Notes: generated from the sequence alone by a model not told the origin. Shown: positions 1-9,816, counted from the first letter of the stretch. The stretch: DNA of 32,000 bases from Candidatus Saccharimonadota bacterium (GCA_030429145.1 JAUIDC010000001.1:330001-362000); one strand, 5' to 3'. A program made the numbers and translations.

Positions 1-892
<892 letters not shown>

Positions 893-1077
893 TGTCGTCT
901 TTTAAAAATATGATACGTTTATCTGTTAATGGTCCACATCTGCATCGCTAACATTCTAAAGCATAGAAAAGTCAGACACCCCTATATCTATTGCTAGGTA
1001 GAGAGGCCATCTGACCTTGTTCTCGTTAAAGAAAATCCTACGATTTATCTTGTTAGTTTTCTCGAGCAGTGACTACG

Positions 1078-1105
1078 AGTATAGAGAACCCCACTGCCAT
1101 TTCAA
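1078..1105 (-). promoter_or_regulatory. Candidate sigma70-type promoter for the 23S rRNA
   Basis: On the minus strand: TTGAAA (1105..1100), 16 nt, TATACT (1083..1078), about 185 nt upstream of the 23S 5' end. By-eye match only. Confidence 0.35.
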
Positions 1106-1278
1106 GAGATTTTTTGACTTTTTTCATACCACGTAAACAAGCCTCCCACCTAAACGCTCGAGTTTTGACCATACTTTTGTGAAAAAAATGTTGAGAGTTT
1201 TTACTCTGCACCTAGGGTCTTTTCGATGTGAAAATGTTTTTATTGCAATTGCAGCGCGAGTTTATACTCTCACTAACA

Positions 1279-2385
1279 ATGATGACAAAAAAAACAGCCT
1301 TCGTACACGACCGAATAGCACAGGAGTGAGGCGCTGAATCAGTACTCAGACATCTCATCACTCAGGACCGTCACGACGAGTGAACTCTTTTTGTATTCTA
1401 CAGCAAACAGACGCGGCGAAAGGTAAACGACAAAACATACCGCATCGTTACAGCTCTTCCGCGCTGGCTCAACAACTGGTTCATCACCTGCAACACGAGA
1501 AAGTTTTTCCTACTCTCTACGCTATTCGATTATAGAAACCTTATGTTTTGGTTTCCTCTCCTCACTCGAATACTTTCACGCAAGATAAAAAAATACAAAC
1601 CTGATCATATTATTATCTCATCATTTGCTGCTGCAAAAAATATCAATACATCTATCGCACCAACAACGCTCTATCTCCACTCACCGATGCAATACATCTG
1701 GGAGAACTACTACGACAACCTTCATAAACTTCGCTTCCCTATCAAGCAGCTCTATCAGTTTGCTGCACAATATCTGCGTCCTTGGGACAAGAAAAAAAGA
1801 CAGTACAACACCGTTCTCTTCAATAGTGAATACACACAATCTATTGCAGAAAAACTCTATGACATGTCATGAGAAGTACAATATCCGCCGGTCGATAAAG
1901 TGTTCGATGGATGATATTCGCCCGCAGTATGACATCAGTATTTTATTTTTGTATGAAGAGTGGTAAGGTACGTGAGAGAGATAGATAAGATTATTATGTT
2001 GTTTAATAAGATCGGTGAGCCGTTAGTGATTATGGGAGACGGGCCGGATATGTGATATGCGCAAAGCATTGCTTGACCAAATATTTTGTTTACCGGCCAT
2101 ATCGAAGACGCTGACGAAAAGAAAAAAATGATAGCACAGTCTCGCGGACTCATCAACATCGCCAAGGAGTCATTTTGACTCTCGACTGCGGAAGCACTCT
2201 GCTCTGGCGTCCCTGTCTTTGGATACAATGGCTGAGCTACCAGATATCTTGTCAACGAATCAAACGGCTATCTTGTAGAGGAGAAAGACGAAAGATCACT
2301 CATAGAAGGTCTTGAACATTTTATGCATATGAAATTTAATAAAGAAAAGATTGCGACTGAAGCACAAAAGAAATTCTTCGCATAG
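1279..2385 (+). CDS. Glycosyltransferase, GT-B fold / family 4-like (368 aa, table 25)
   Basis: One 369-codon frame ending in TAG once 10 in-frame TGA are read as Gly. The N-terminus reads FVHDRIAQE-G-GAE and the C-terminus KESF-G-LSTAEALCSGVPVFGY (E-x-F-G...EA..G.PV signature). TGA falls on the conserved Gly in both (1327-1329, 2176-2178). Absorbs track ORF 1543-1872. Confidence 0.8.
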
Positions 2386-2447
2386 TTAGCACTTGATTTT
2401 TGTGATAAAATAGGATATCAGTTAGTGGTATCAAACTTTACTGCATT

Positions 2448-2699
2448 ATGAAAGAACAAACTATATTGCTTGAACTACCCATAGAAGAGATGGACCTGTA
2501 CTCATTAGAGCGTCTTGTTGAGATACTACATACTATAGAAACCCTGGAAGCAAAAGAGTTTTTAGACGACCACCTCAATCAAGGCAACGCTACCAATGAG
2601 TTCTACATGATAGAATATGATACAACATGTCATCTCACTATCGATGAAAATCGCGCAATCACGATTACGGATATTATCGTGGCACCAATAGCTGCATAA
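2448..2699 (+). CDS. Hypothetical small acidic protein (83 aa)
   Basis: Intact ORF with an ATG start and TAA stop, followed by a rho-independent terminator. No recognisable motif. Confidence 0.55.
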   Translation: MKEQTILLELPIEEMDLYSLERLVEILHTIETLEAKEFLDDHLNQGNATNEFYMIEYDTTCHLTIDENRAITITDIIVAPIAA

Positions 2700-2724
2700 C
2701 AGGACTATCTTCTATCCACAAAAT

Positions 2725-2754
2725 CTCCGGCATGTCCGGAGCTTTTTCTTTTTT
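2725..2754 (+). terminator. Rho-independent terminator
   Basis: Stem CTCCGG (2725-2730) / CCGGAG (2736-2741) with a 5-nt loop, followed by CTTTTTCTTTTTT. Confidence 0.7.
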
Positions 2755-2781
2755 GACAATCATTTGCATTGGCTATATAAT
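2753..2781 (+). promoter_or_regulatory. Consensus sigma70 promoter for the pilin-like gene pair
   Basis: TTGACA (2753-2758), exactly 17 nt, TATAAT (2776-2781). Both hexamers are perfect. It sits 42 nt upstream of the ATG at 2823. Confidence 0.7.
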
Positions 2782-2822
2782 GTAGCTATATAGAGTATGT
2801 TATTATTACTATACGACAAAAA

Positions 2823-3302
2823 ATGATGAAAAAAATAATTGTGATATGTCTTGGGCTATATGTGTTATTGACTGGTAGTGCTTTTGCAACTGGAGTCACT
2901 AGCAGCAACAGCCGATGAGATAAATGATCCTCGCCGATAGAAATTTTGGACAACATCGCTGGAGAAGCAAATCAAGAGTACAGGATACAAGAGACCTCAC
3001 TCGATGGAGTCAATGACGATCAGTGAGCATTTGCCGCAAAATACAAGATGGCGAACACCCTCGACAGCATCAGAATAAAGATCGCTCCATATCTGCAGTG
3101 GGCGTTTTTCATTGGTCTAGGGCTGGCAGTCATATTGATCATATACAATGGCATACTTCTCATGACTGGAGCCGTCAGTGGCGAAGACTACAAAAAAGTG
3201 ATCGGCAGAATTAAAAACATCGGTATCGGCGTAGCGATACTCACATGATTTGCCATCATTATCAGACTATTCATCGCCATCCTCTCTTCTGCTCTCTCAT
3301 AA
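2823..3302 (+). CDS. Secreted T4SS-pilin-like (TrbC/VirB2-like) membrane protein, single module (159 aa, table 25)
   Basis: Signal peptide MMKKIIVICLGLYVLLTGSAFA. Then helix, polar loop, helix: ...AVILIIYNGILLMTGAVSGEDYKKVIGRIKNIGIGVAILTGFAIII. Four in-frame TGA read as Gly; TAA stop. Absorbs track ORF 3048-3248. Confidence 0.6.
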
Positions 3303-3340
3303 AAAACAACTCATAGATTACTTTATATATATTGAATATC

Positions 3341-4249
3341 ATGATTAAGAAGATTTTCCTTTGATGCGTAGCTGCCTGCCTCCTAGCCCTCAATGTCGCT
3401 CAGGCTGTACCTCCAACATTTGATCAACAAATTGGGAAGCCTCTCACTACCGACAACAGTGGCAACGACGAAACCGTCATCTCCCCAAATGCTTTTGGTA
3501 TTGATCCTAACAAAACTTTTAAAGAAAATATCTACAATCTTTTTTCACCACTCAACGACAACTCGGTCATCCGAAGAACTCTGAGAACTATCATGGTGGG
3601 TGTGCTTGTCCTTTATATTGCATGGGCCGGCATTGATATGATGCAACATGCAGCGGATGAAACAAGACAGAAAAGAGTCAGAAGAAGTTTCTTATATATT
3701 TGAGTTGGTGCCTTTATGATACGGTGAGCCACATGGATTCTCGGTACTGCTCTACAAGTCGGTACGGTACAAGGTACGCAGTGACTGGTAAGTAATTTAC
3801 AAAACAATGTGCTCTTCCAAATCCTCGCCTTCCTCAAGGGGCTCGCATTCTTCTATGCTATCGTCATGCTCATCTACTACGGCTTCCAGTTTATGAGAGC
3901 ACTTGAAGAAGAGTCAAAGATAAAGGCAGCTAGAACAGGTCTGATCAATGTGATCGTGGCGCTAGTACTTATCAAGATTATCGACTTTATCTTCTTCATC
4001 GCTCAGCAACAAGACTTTGGTTCAAGACTCCAAAACTTCCTTGTTGATGCAGCAAGAATCGCCGCATACGTTCTCTGAGCCGGTATGGTTCTCGCACTTA
4101 TCCGAGGTGGTGTCAGATATCTCACTTCACAAGGTGACGAGGAAAAAGTGAAAGACGCACAGAAGATCATTACAACTATCTTCTTCATTATACTTACCAT
4201 CTTCCTTTTCCTTCTTGTGGTCTATCAGTTGGTAGCCGAGTTTACGTAG
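3341..4249 (+). CDS. Secreted membrane protein with three tandem T4SS-pilin-like modules (302 aa, table 25)
   Basis: Signal peptide MIKKIFLGCVAACLLALNVAQA. Three helix-loop-helix units share one loop motif: AWAGIDMMQHAADETRQKRVRR, IYYGFQFMRALEEESKIKAART and LIRGGVRYLTSQGDEEKVKDAQK. The last resembles the GG.xY.TS.GD....AK motif I recall from CPR/Gram-positive T4SS pilin families. Five in-frame TGA; TAG stop. Absorbs track ORF 3809-4078. Confidence 0.6.
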
Positions 4250-4250
4250 T

Positions 4251-4277
4251 AAAAAAAGGAGCGGTTATTCCGCTCCT
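4251..4277. terminator. Shared terminator hairpin between convergent genes
   Basis: Stem GGAGCGG (4258-4264) / CCGCTCC (4270-4276) with a 5-nt loop. An A7 run lies immediately 5' on the plus strand, which gives a U-run for the minus-strand transcript. A T-run follows about 13 nt 3' on the plus strand. Confidence 0.65.
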
Positions 4278-4297
4278 GCATTCAAATATTTTTTTTC

Positions 4298-4708
4298 TTA
4301 GGCTTCTCCTTGAGGTGTTTTCATCATGGCAATCGATGCTTTCATTTTTTGCAGGAAAGAACCTACATTGTTTTCGAAAGTTACAAAGACTATTTCCATG
4401 AAATAAGTACCGAGCATGTGGGCAAGTCCACACAATAGCAGTAAACCCTCACTTTCCCTTACCAGCATCTCATCAGCCTCCAGTAATGGAACAACCTTGA
4501 CTGTAAACTGCGGATTGAGCAGGAAGCCGGCATATACCGCTTTTATCAGCCCAAGCAACCGAGCATCATGGACTTCTTTCCTCATCTCTTCAACAATTTC
4601 TAGGATATCCTTCTGTGCTTGCTTTGCTTCCTCGGTCCAATCAGAATGATCATCATTTAACTGGAGTGACCGCAAGACCTTTTCTTTTGTAATAGCAATT
4701 AATTTCAT
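4298..4708 (-). CDS. Hypothetical protein (136 aa)
   Basis: Open frame with a TAA stop. I placed the start at the ATG at 4708 (MKLIAITKEK...), because the longer track ORF (to 4909) would overlap the murF start. No motif recognised and no TGA codons. Confidence 0.5.
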   Translation of the reverse strand: MKLIAITKEKVLRSLQLNDDHSDWTEEAKQAQKDILEIVEEMRKEVHDARLLGLIKAVYAGFLLNPQFTVKVVPLLEADEMLVRESEGLLLLCGLAHMLGTYFMEIVFVTFENNVGSFLQKMKASIAMMKTPQGEA

Positions 4709-4830
4709 CAGTATGTGTTTTAGTGTGGCCAATATATTACACATGAATATCATTATGTCAATAGAATAAATCTTTTGCAATAACGTCAATGAATAGATAC
4801 ATTTTTGGTATTTAATTTTAGTAGCAAAGC

Positions 4831-6198
4831 ATGAAACAGAAAATATTACATATATTTTATAAACTCCTTGGGGCGCTCGCTCGCCGTTATCTGAAAAGGT
4901 GGAAGCCAATAGTAATTGGGATCAATGGAAGTGTTGGAAAGACCTCTTGCAGGATGATCATTACGGATATACTCAAGCACTATCTCCCTCACGATGAGAT
5001 TTACACTTCACCGAAGAATTTCAACGGCGAGCTTGGGATGTCGCTAGCCATTTTTAAGATAGAACATTGGTGAGCAAGTCGATCAGCGATGTTTGGTGCG
5101 CTATGGAAAACATTTGTGTTAGCATTTTTTTCAAGAAAGAAACCGTATGATGTGACCATTTTAGAGTATGGGATAGACACTCCTGGAGAGATGTCGTTTC
5201 TCCTCTCTATCGTGAAACCACACATTAGTGTGTTGACAAAAATAGACGCAGTGCACTCGCTCCAGTTTGGAAATCCGCAAGAGATCGCAAAAGAAGAGAC
5301 AAAGCTACAAGTATGAACACTAGAGACCTGCTTTATCAACGAGGATGACAGTTATGGACGCTCTTTACGCGACAAGGTGAATGTAGACATCTTGCGATAC
5401 GATACCAATGAATCTGACGACAAAGAGATTTCAGTAAGATACAATAACTATAAACTCGTTCCTCATGGGAAAACTATTGGGTCGTCGTCTGACATTGCCA
5501 TAGGTATCAAAAAACATCATATTACTACCAACATTCTCGGCAAGTTCAACCATGGGTATATCGCTGTTGGTCTTGCTATCGCAGACATTGTGCACCATAA
5601 GCTACATGGACAGGACTGCACACCTGCAGACGGCAAGACAAAACTAGACCTACACCTCCAAGCAGGCAGGATGACAGTCTTCGAAGGTATTCACAACAGT
5701 GTCATCATAGACAGCTCGTACAATGCATCTCCACTGAGCATGAAAGGAGCTATTAACGACCTTTATCGCATACAAAAAGAGGTTCTACCTGATCATAAGA
5801 TAGTTCTTGTCCTTGGTGACATGCGCGAGCTTGGCGAGTGGGAAGAGCAGCACCATCGCGAGTTGGCTGGATATCTATCGCAATATGGCGACACTATTAT
5901 GCTCCTTGGTGCTACGACAGGCAAATACACTGTTGATGAACTCAAAAAACTCTGATATCCTATGCAGAATGTGCACCATTTCACTCACTATGATAAGCTT
6001 GGTAGCGCTTTGAAAGAACTCCTTACAAATAATAGCGACGACAACTACCTCTTACTATTTAAGGGAAGTCAAAATACGATCTTCCTCGAAGAAGCCATCA
6101 AATATATCCTCCAGGATCCAATTGATGAAGAAAGACTAACGAGACAGTGAGATTGGCGAGCACAAAAGAAAGAATCTGTTATGAGAAACATAAGATAG
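4831..6198 (+). CDS. murF: UDP-N-acetylmuramoyl-tripeptide--D-alanyl-D-alanine ligase (MurF-type Mur ligase, 455 aa, table 25)
   Basis: Track ORFs 4831-5073, 5089-5316, 5377-5955 and 5962-6150 are all in one frame and joined by four TGA. Mur-ligase P-loop GINGSVGKTS; IIDSSYNASP and VLGDMRELG resemble the MurF motifs DDTYNANP and VLGDMLELG. TAG stop at 6196-6198. Confidence 0.8.
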
Positions 6199-6205
6199 AC
6201 GCCTA

Positions 6206-6233
6206 TTGACAATCTTTCTTTGATTTGTACAAT
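6206..6233 (+). promoter_or_regulatory. Candidate sigma70 promoter
   Basis: TTGACA (6206-6211), 16 nt, TACAAT (6228-6233), upstream of the ATG at 6259. Confidence 0.55.
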
Positions 6234-6258
6234 ATTGTCATTTAAGATTAATTCTAGC

Positions 6259-7107
6259 ATGACAAAACTTAGGCTTCCGAAATGGGCTCATGACAATCAG
6301 AGACAAGAGGTATACACGAACAAAAGATATGAACATATCAACTCTTTGCAAAAAGCATGTGGGTCGACGGAAGAAGACCTCTCTGAGCTTCTTTCTATCA
6401 AGATAGACAACCTCTTAGAAGGCTTGAGCTGAGAGTATCTTATTGAAACAAAGAAATATCTCCATAATATTGGGACATATCGCCAGCTTGACCTTGTGTT
6501 GTGCCAGTATAATAAAATAACAGGACAGGAGGATATTTTTAATCCCTACTCGAATCCTTGATACGAGTTTTTCGCCTCTCTTGTCATTGGACATCATTAT
6601 TTTTTTAATAGAGCTCCTGATATCCACTATACGGACACCGATATCGATGCGCGAAATCAAGCCAGAGAAGTGCAAGACCTTCCTCTCGAAGAGACACTTA
6701 GGAATCTTTCATACGATTTTATTATTTCTGGCTATCTGTTTCATGAAGAACTCTTTGAAAAAGATGATAATGGCATATACCGCCTCATCCCAAAAAATAT
6801 AAATAAAGCATGAACACGAACCGATGAAGGCATTGGATTTACCAATAATGAGCTCATTTTCAGAGCGACTCCTACTCGCTCATATACCTCAGAGGAAAAA
6901 GGAGCAGCTGAGATAAGAATCCCTAGAGAGCTCATTCCTCTTTATATCCAAGCGTATGTAGATACCAACCGTAAAGTTTCGACTGAAATCACGAACCTAC
7001 ACACAAAGAAGATATCTCAAGCCTTAGATAGCTTACTCTCTCTTCCTCAATCAGAAAGGAACTCCGCTAAGATGGACCAATTCATCAGGGAAGAGATCAA
7101 AGAATAG
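6259..7107 (+). CDS. Hypothetical protein (282 aa, table 25)
   Basis: Continuous frame from the ATG at 6259 (an in-frame ATG at 6220 lies inside the promoter) to TAG at 7105-7107, with three TGA read as Gly. Track ORFs 6415-6675 and 6741-6935 are antisense shadows; 6581-6802 is an alternate-frame (same-strand) artefact. No motif recognised. Confidence 0.6.
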
Positions 7108-7181
7108 AGCATAAATCCTTGTTTATCTGTACAAAATAACTATATATCAATTAAACTCGTTTATTTTCGTATAATCTGTTC

Positions 7182-7448
7182 ATGAGAAGAGTTCTTTTCT
7201 GGCTTATATTACTCATAGCTTTATTTCTCGTTATTGTACTAGGTGTTGCTGCAAAGCGTAAAATCACTCCAAGAGCTGTACTCCAAGACTGGTTTGGCAA
7301 TACAGCCATTGTAAATGACAATAACAATACTGGTGACACAAACAACAATCCAACGACTGGAGATAACACAAATAACAGTTCAGATCTCTCTGATGAGGAA
7401 AAAGCTGACACCCAGCTATTTCTCGATAGTCTTATAGAAACACAATAA
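7182..7448 (+). CDS. Small membrane-anchored protein with an Asn/Thr-rich low-complexity segment (88 aa)
   Basis: N-terminal TM helix VLFWLILLIALFLVIVLGVAA. TATAAT at 7170-7175 sits only ~7 nt before the ATG, so the mRNA may be leaderless. Confidence 0.55.
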   Translation: MRRVLFWLILLIALFLVIVLGVAAKRKITPRAVLQDWFGNTAIVNDNNNTGDTNNNPTTGDNTNNSSDLSDEEKADTQLFLDSLIETQ

Positions 7449-7471
7449 TTTTATCATTCTTGTTTGGTTAC

Positions 7472-7930
7472 ATGGCAAGCATTATTGTCCACAACGGCGA
7501 GCATTTTGAAAGGGGCAAAACCCGATATGTCGTATTTTCTCTCGTTCTTGTAGTATTGATTGTAGTATCGGTTCTTTTTGAGAATTTTTTCGGTGCTATC
7601 ATCCTCTTTTTACTAGTAGGAGGCTATATTTTGTTTGCTCTTATGAGAAATAAGAAAATATCAATTCGCACCTCTGAACAGGGCCTTGCCATAGCAGACA
7701 AACTCGTCCCGCGAACGCAGCTACTTCAACGAAGCGTCGAACTGGATGCAGAGAGTTGAGAGGTAAAAAATCTCATTATTGTAGCTAAAAATGATAAACT
7801 CATCTTTAGTCTCGACGATGATAAAGAGAGCACAAAGATATTTATGAATGAGCTCAATGAACAGCTTCCCTTAGCGGAAAACTTAGAGTTTTCATTCACT
7901 GAAAAGCTCATCAGAAAATTAAAACTATAA
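7472..7930 (+). CDS. Two-TM membrane protein with a C-terminal soluble domain (152 aa, table 25); topology resembles DUF304/bPH_2
   Basis: ATG at 7472 (the track starts at TTG 7460). Reading through TGA at 7757-7759 extends it to TAA at 7928-7930. Two adjacent hydrophobic helices are followed by ~85 soluble residues. Confidence 0.5.
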
Positions 7931-8018
7931 AATTGTCACAAATAAACTAGTTGATCGTATTTACTAGTAAGCGGGAGAACATCCGCCGCTTAACATCCCA
8001 CAAAAAAACACTCGAAGG

Positions 8019-8063
8019 AATGATACATAAAGCAATCTAGAAGCTTTCATGTATCATTTTTTT
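8019..8063 (+). terminator. Rho-independent terminator (long hairpin plus T-run)
   Basis: AATGATACAT-AAAGC (8019-8033) pairs with GCTTT-c-ATGTATCATT (8043-8058), followed by TTTTT. Confidence 0.6.
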
Positions 8064-8067
8064 ATAT

Positions 8068-8090
8068 AAAAAAGGCTTTTTACAGCCTCC
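8068..8090 (-). terminator. Rho-independent terminator for the small minus-strand gene
   Basis: Minus strand reads GAGGCU-GUAAAA-AGCCUU followed by a U-run (plus-strand A-run 8068-8073). Confidence 0.55.
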
Positions 8091-8125
8091 TTAGACCTAT
8101 GTATGGTCTTTTTCTCATGTGATTT

Positions 8126-8275
8126 CTACCCGATCGGTTTCTTTCCTTGGATGATTCTAATAAGTACCACGATAATAGCGATAACTAGTAGAACATGGAT
8201 CAAACTGCCTCCGATCTTCAGCAGAAGACCCAGTATTCGTAGGACGAATAGAATCACAGCAATAGTGTATAACAT
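8126..8275 (-). CDS. lmo0937-family small membrane protein (49 aa)
   Basis: Minus-strand translation gives MLYTIAVILFVLRILGLLLKIGGSLIHVLLVIAIIVVLIRIIQGKKPIG, then TAG. This matches the remembered family pattern MLYTIAVIL...HILLVIAIVVVLIRIIQGR. It is too short for the track, and track ORF 8103-8285(+) is its antisense shadow. Confidence 0.75.
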   Translation of the reverse strand: MLYTIAVILFVLRILGLLLKIGGSLIHVLLVIAIIVVLIRIIQGKKPIG

Positions 8276-8352
8276 TAGCCTATAATGATTAATAGGTAAA
8301 TAGTGTCTCCCCTCTTATAAGCATGATATAAAGAAAAAAATCAAGCTAAAAT

Positions 8353-8379
8353 AAAAAAATGACAGCATTTCTGCTATCA
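8353..8379 (-). terminator. Rho-independent terminator downstream of tRNA-Lys
   Basis: Minus strand reads UGAUAGCA-GAAA-UGCUGUCA (8 bp including one G-U pair), followed by UUUUUUU. Confidence 0.6.
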
Positions 8380-8385
8380 CTTTTT

Positions 8386-8457
8386 TGGGTCGGGAGGGGA
8401 TCGAACCCTCGACCAGTGGCTTAAAAGGCCATTGCTCTACCACTGAGCTACCGACCC
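8386..8457 (-). tRNA. tRNA-Lys (anticodon UUU)
   Basis: The reverse complement GGGTCGGTAGCTCAGTGGTAGAGCAATGGCCTTTTAAGCCACTGGTCGAGGGTTCGATCCCCTCCCGACCCA folds as a cloverleaf. It has a 7-bp acceptor stem, D arm GCTC/GAGC, anticodon loop CTTTTAA and T arm GAGGG-TTCGATC-CCCTC. CCA is not encoded. Confidence 0.9.
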
Positions 8458-8460
8458 ACA

Positions 8461-8480
8461 AAAAACTGCAAATGCAGTTT
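8461..8480 (-). terminator. Terminator-like hairpin between rpmB and tRNA-Lys
   Basis: Minus strand reads AAACUGC-AUUU-GCAGUUU followed by UU-G-U, only ~3 nt before the tRNA 5' end. It may act as an attenuator or processing site rather than a full stop. Confidence 0.4.
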
Positions 8481-8485
8481 ATGTG

Positions 8486-8674
8486 CTATAATTCAGCCTT
8501 ATATTTCTTATACATCTTTGCTGACATCTTTACTTTCACTTTGATGCCATCACCTAGATCTACTTTTTTTGTGATAAGATTTGGTTTGAAAGCTCTAGAA
8601 GTCGCTCTCATTGAGTGAGATCTGTTGTTTCCAAAAACCGTTTTCTTACCTGATATTTGACACTCTCTTGCCAT
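8486..8674 (-). CDS. rpmB: 50S ribosomal protein L28 (bL28)
   Basis: [33 protein letters not shown] matches the L28 signature (MAR.C...GK....GNN.SHS..T.R.F.PNL). 62 aa. Confidence 0.92.
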   Translation of the reverse strand: MARECQISGKKTVFGNNRSHSMRATSRAFKPNLITKKVDLGDGIKVKVKMSAKMYKKYKAEL

Positions 8675-8706
8675 CGTTAGTTTAGATATTACCGAGTAAT
8701 AAAAGA

Positions 8707-9372
8707 TTAGTCTTCTTTTTTCTCTTCATCAGATGATTCATCCTCATCAGCATCACCAACTTTCTCTCCACCTTCACCAGCTGCAGCTTCTGCATTTTCT
8801 TCTGCAGTAGTCTCTTCTTCTACTTCGTCTTCGATTTCTACTACTGATACGATAGGAAGTTCTTCATCGTCAAGGATAGTTACCTTATCTGATACTGCAA
8901 GATCTTTCACAAAGATACCATCATGTAGTGTTGCAAGACTTGAAACATCTACCTTGATATCATGAGGAAGATCTCTTGGGAGCGCTTCCACGAGTACGTG
9001 ATCTTTCACAAGCTGTACTCTCCCTGTCCCCTCTTTCTCTACAGGAGCAGTTCCTTCAACAACGATAGTCACATTTGCCTCGACTTTTTCGTCGTCTTTC
9101 ACAGCGAGAAAGTCTACATGCTCAACCATATCATTGACTGGATTTACATCTATCTGATGAATAAGCACCAAATGTTTCTCATCTCCTGTCAGATCAACTG
9201 GAGTTGACTCTCCTGCGTGCTGATATGCCTTTAAGAAACTATTTTTATCAAACTGTACGACTGCAGGAGCAGAAAGATGTCTTCCATAGACAATCCCAGG
9301 AATTACACCCTGTTTTCTCAGGTCTTTCACCTTTTTTCCTGTCAGCGTACGCTTCTGTACTACTAGTTCCAT
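8707..9372 (-). CDS. rplY: 50S ribosomal protein L25 / general stress protein Ctc form (bL25), with an acidic C-terminal tail
   Basis: N-terminus [12 protein letters not shown]..., a two-domain Ctc-length body, and a tail rich in D/E ([17 protein letters not shown]...[11 protein letters not shown]). 221 aa. Confidence 0.88.
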   Translation of the reverse strand: MELVVQKRTLTGKKVKDLRKQGVIPGIVYGRHLSAPAVVQFDKNSFLKAYQHAGESTPVDLTGDEKHLVLIHQIDVNPVNDMVEHVDFLAVKDDEKVEANVTIVVEGTAPVEKEGTGRVQLVKDHVLVEALPRDLPHDIKVDVSSLATLHDGIFVKDLAVSDKVTILDDEELPIVSVVEIEDEVEEETTAEENAEAAAGEGGEKVGDADEDESSDEEKKED

Positions 9373-9405
9373 TATAGTTTTTTCATATAACCAAAGATAA
9401 AATTA

Positions 9406-9777
9406 TTATTTTGCGAGTAGGTCTTTATCCTTTCTTTCTGCCGTGATCTTACTCTTGAATCTTGCATCCTTACCTACCTTTTCTCTGATATAGTAGAGTT
9501 TGCTTCTTCTGATCTTATATTCATCCAAGAGAGCAACCTTCTCAAATTTTGGAAATGAAAGCGGATATACTTTTTCTATCGTATGTCCTGCTACTGTTCC
9601 TCTAATAGTGAAAGTACCATCTGGATGAGAAGGCTTCTTTACCTTCACAACAAGTCCCTTGAATCTCCATGTTCTATCACCAAGCTTTTCATGGATTTCA
9701 AGATACTGGCCGGGCTTGATAGCGGCTATATTATATTGCTTGTCTGCATATATGCTTTGTAGTCTTTGAAAATGCAT
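9406..9777 (-). CDS. rplS: 50S ribosomal protein L19 (bL19)
   Basis: IKPGQYLEIHEKLGDRTWRFKGLVVKVKK...FTIRG..AGHTIEKVYPLSFPKFEKV is a typical L19 core. 123 aa. Confidence 0.9.
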   Translation of the reverse strand: MHFQRLQSIYADKQYNIAAIKPGQYLEIHEKLGDRTWRFKGLVVKVKKPSHPDGTFTIRGTVAGHTIEKVYPLSFPKFEKVALLDEYKIRRSKLYYIREKVGKDARFKSKITAERKDKDLLAK

Positions 9778-9816
9778 AGTAGTTACCAGTATATGATATA
9801 AGTAAATAGCTGTTCA

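Noticed and set aside
893-1278. A possible 16S-23S internal transcribed spacer with tRNA-Ile/tRNA-Ala, or a small RNA gene, upstream of the 23S.
   Set aside because: I could fold no cloverleaf and saw no 16S 3' sequence (no anti-SD region). Only weak hairpins and a candidate promoter are present.
2823-4249. Interpreting the pilin-like genes as evidence of a conjugative element or a complete type IV secretion system in this window.
   Set aside because: No VirB4/VirD4 ATPase, VirB6-like channel, relaxase or integrase is present within 32 kb. Only the putative pilin-like subunits are seen.
7931-8018. Two short hairpins (ACTAGT...ACTAGT at ~7948-7970 and AAGCGG...CCGCTT at ~7969-7993) as terminators or an sRNA.
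   Set aside because: The stems are only 6 bp with 11-nt loops and no adjacent U-run. The convincing terminators lie further downstream (8019-8063 and 8068-8090).
8103-8618. Track ORFs 8103-8285(+) and 8385-8618(+).
   Set aside because: The first is antisense to the lmo0937-family ORF. The second runs through tRNA-Lys and the antisense of rpmB.
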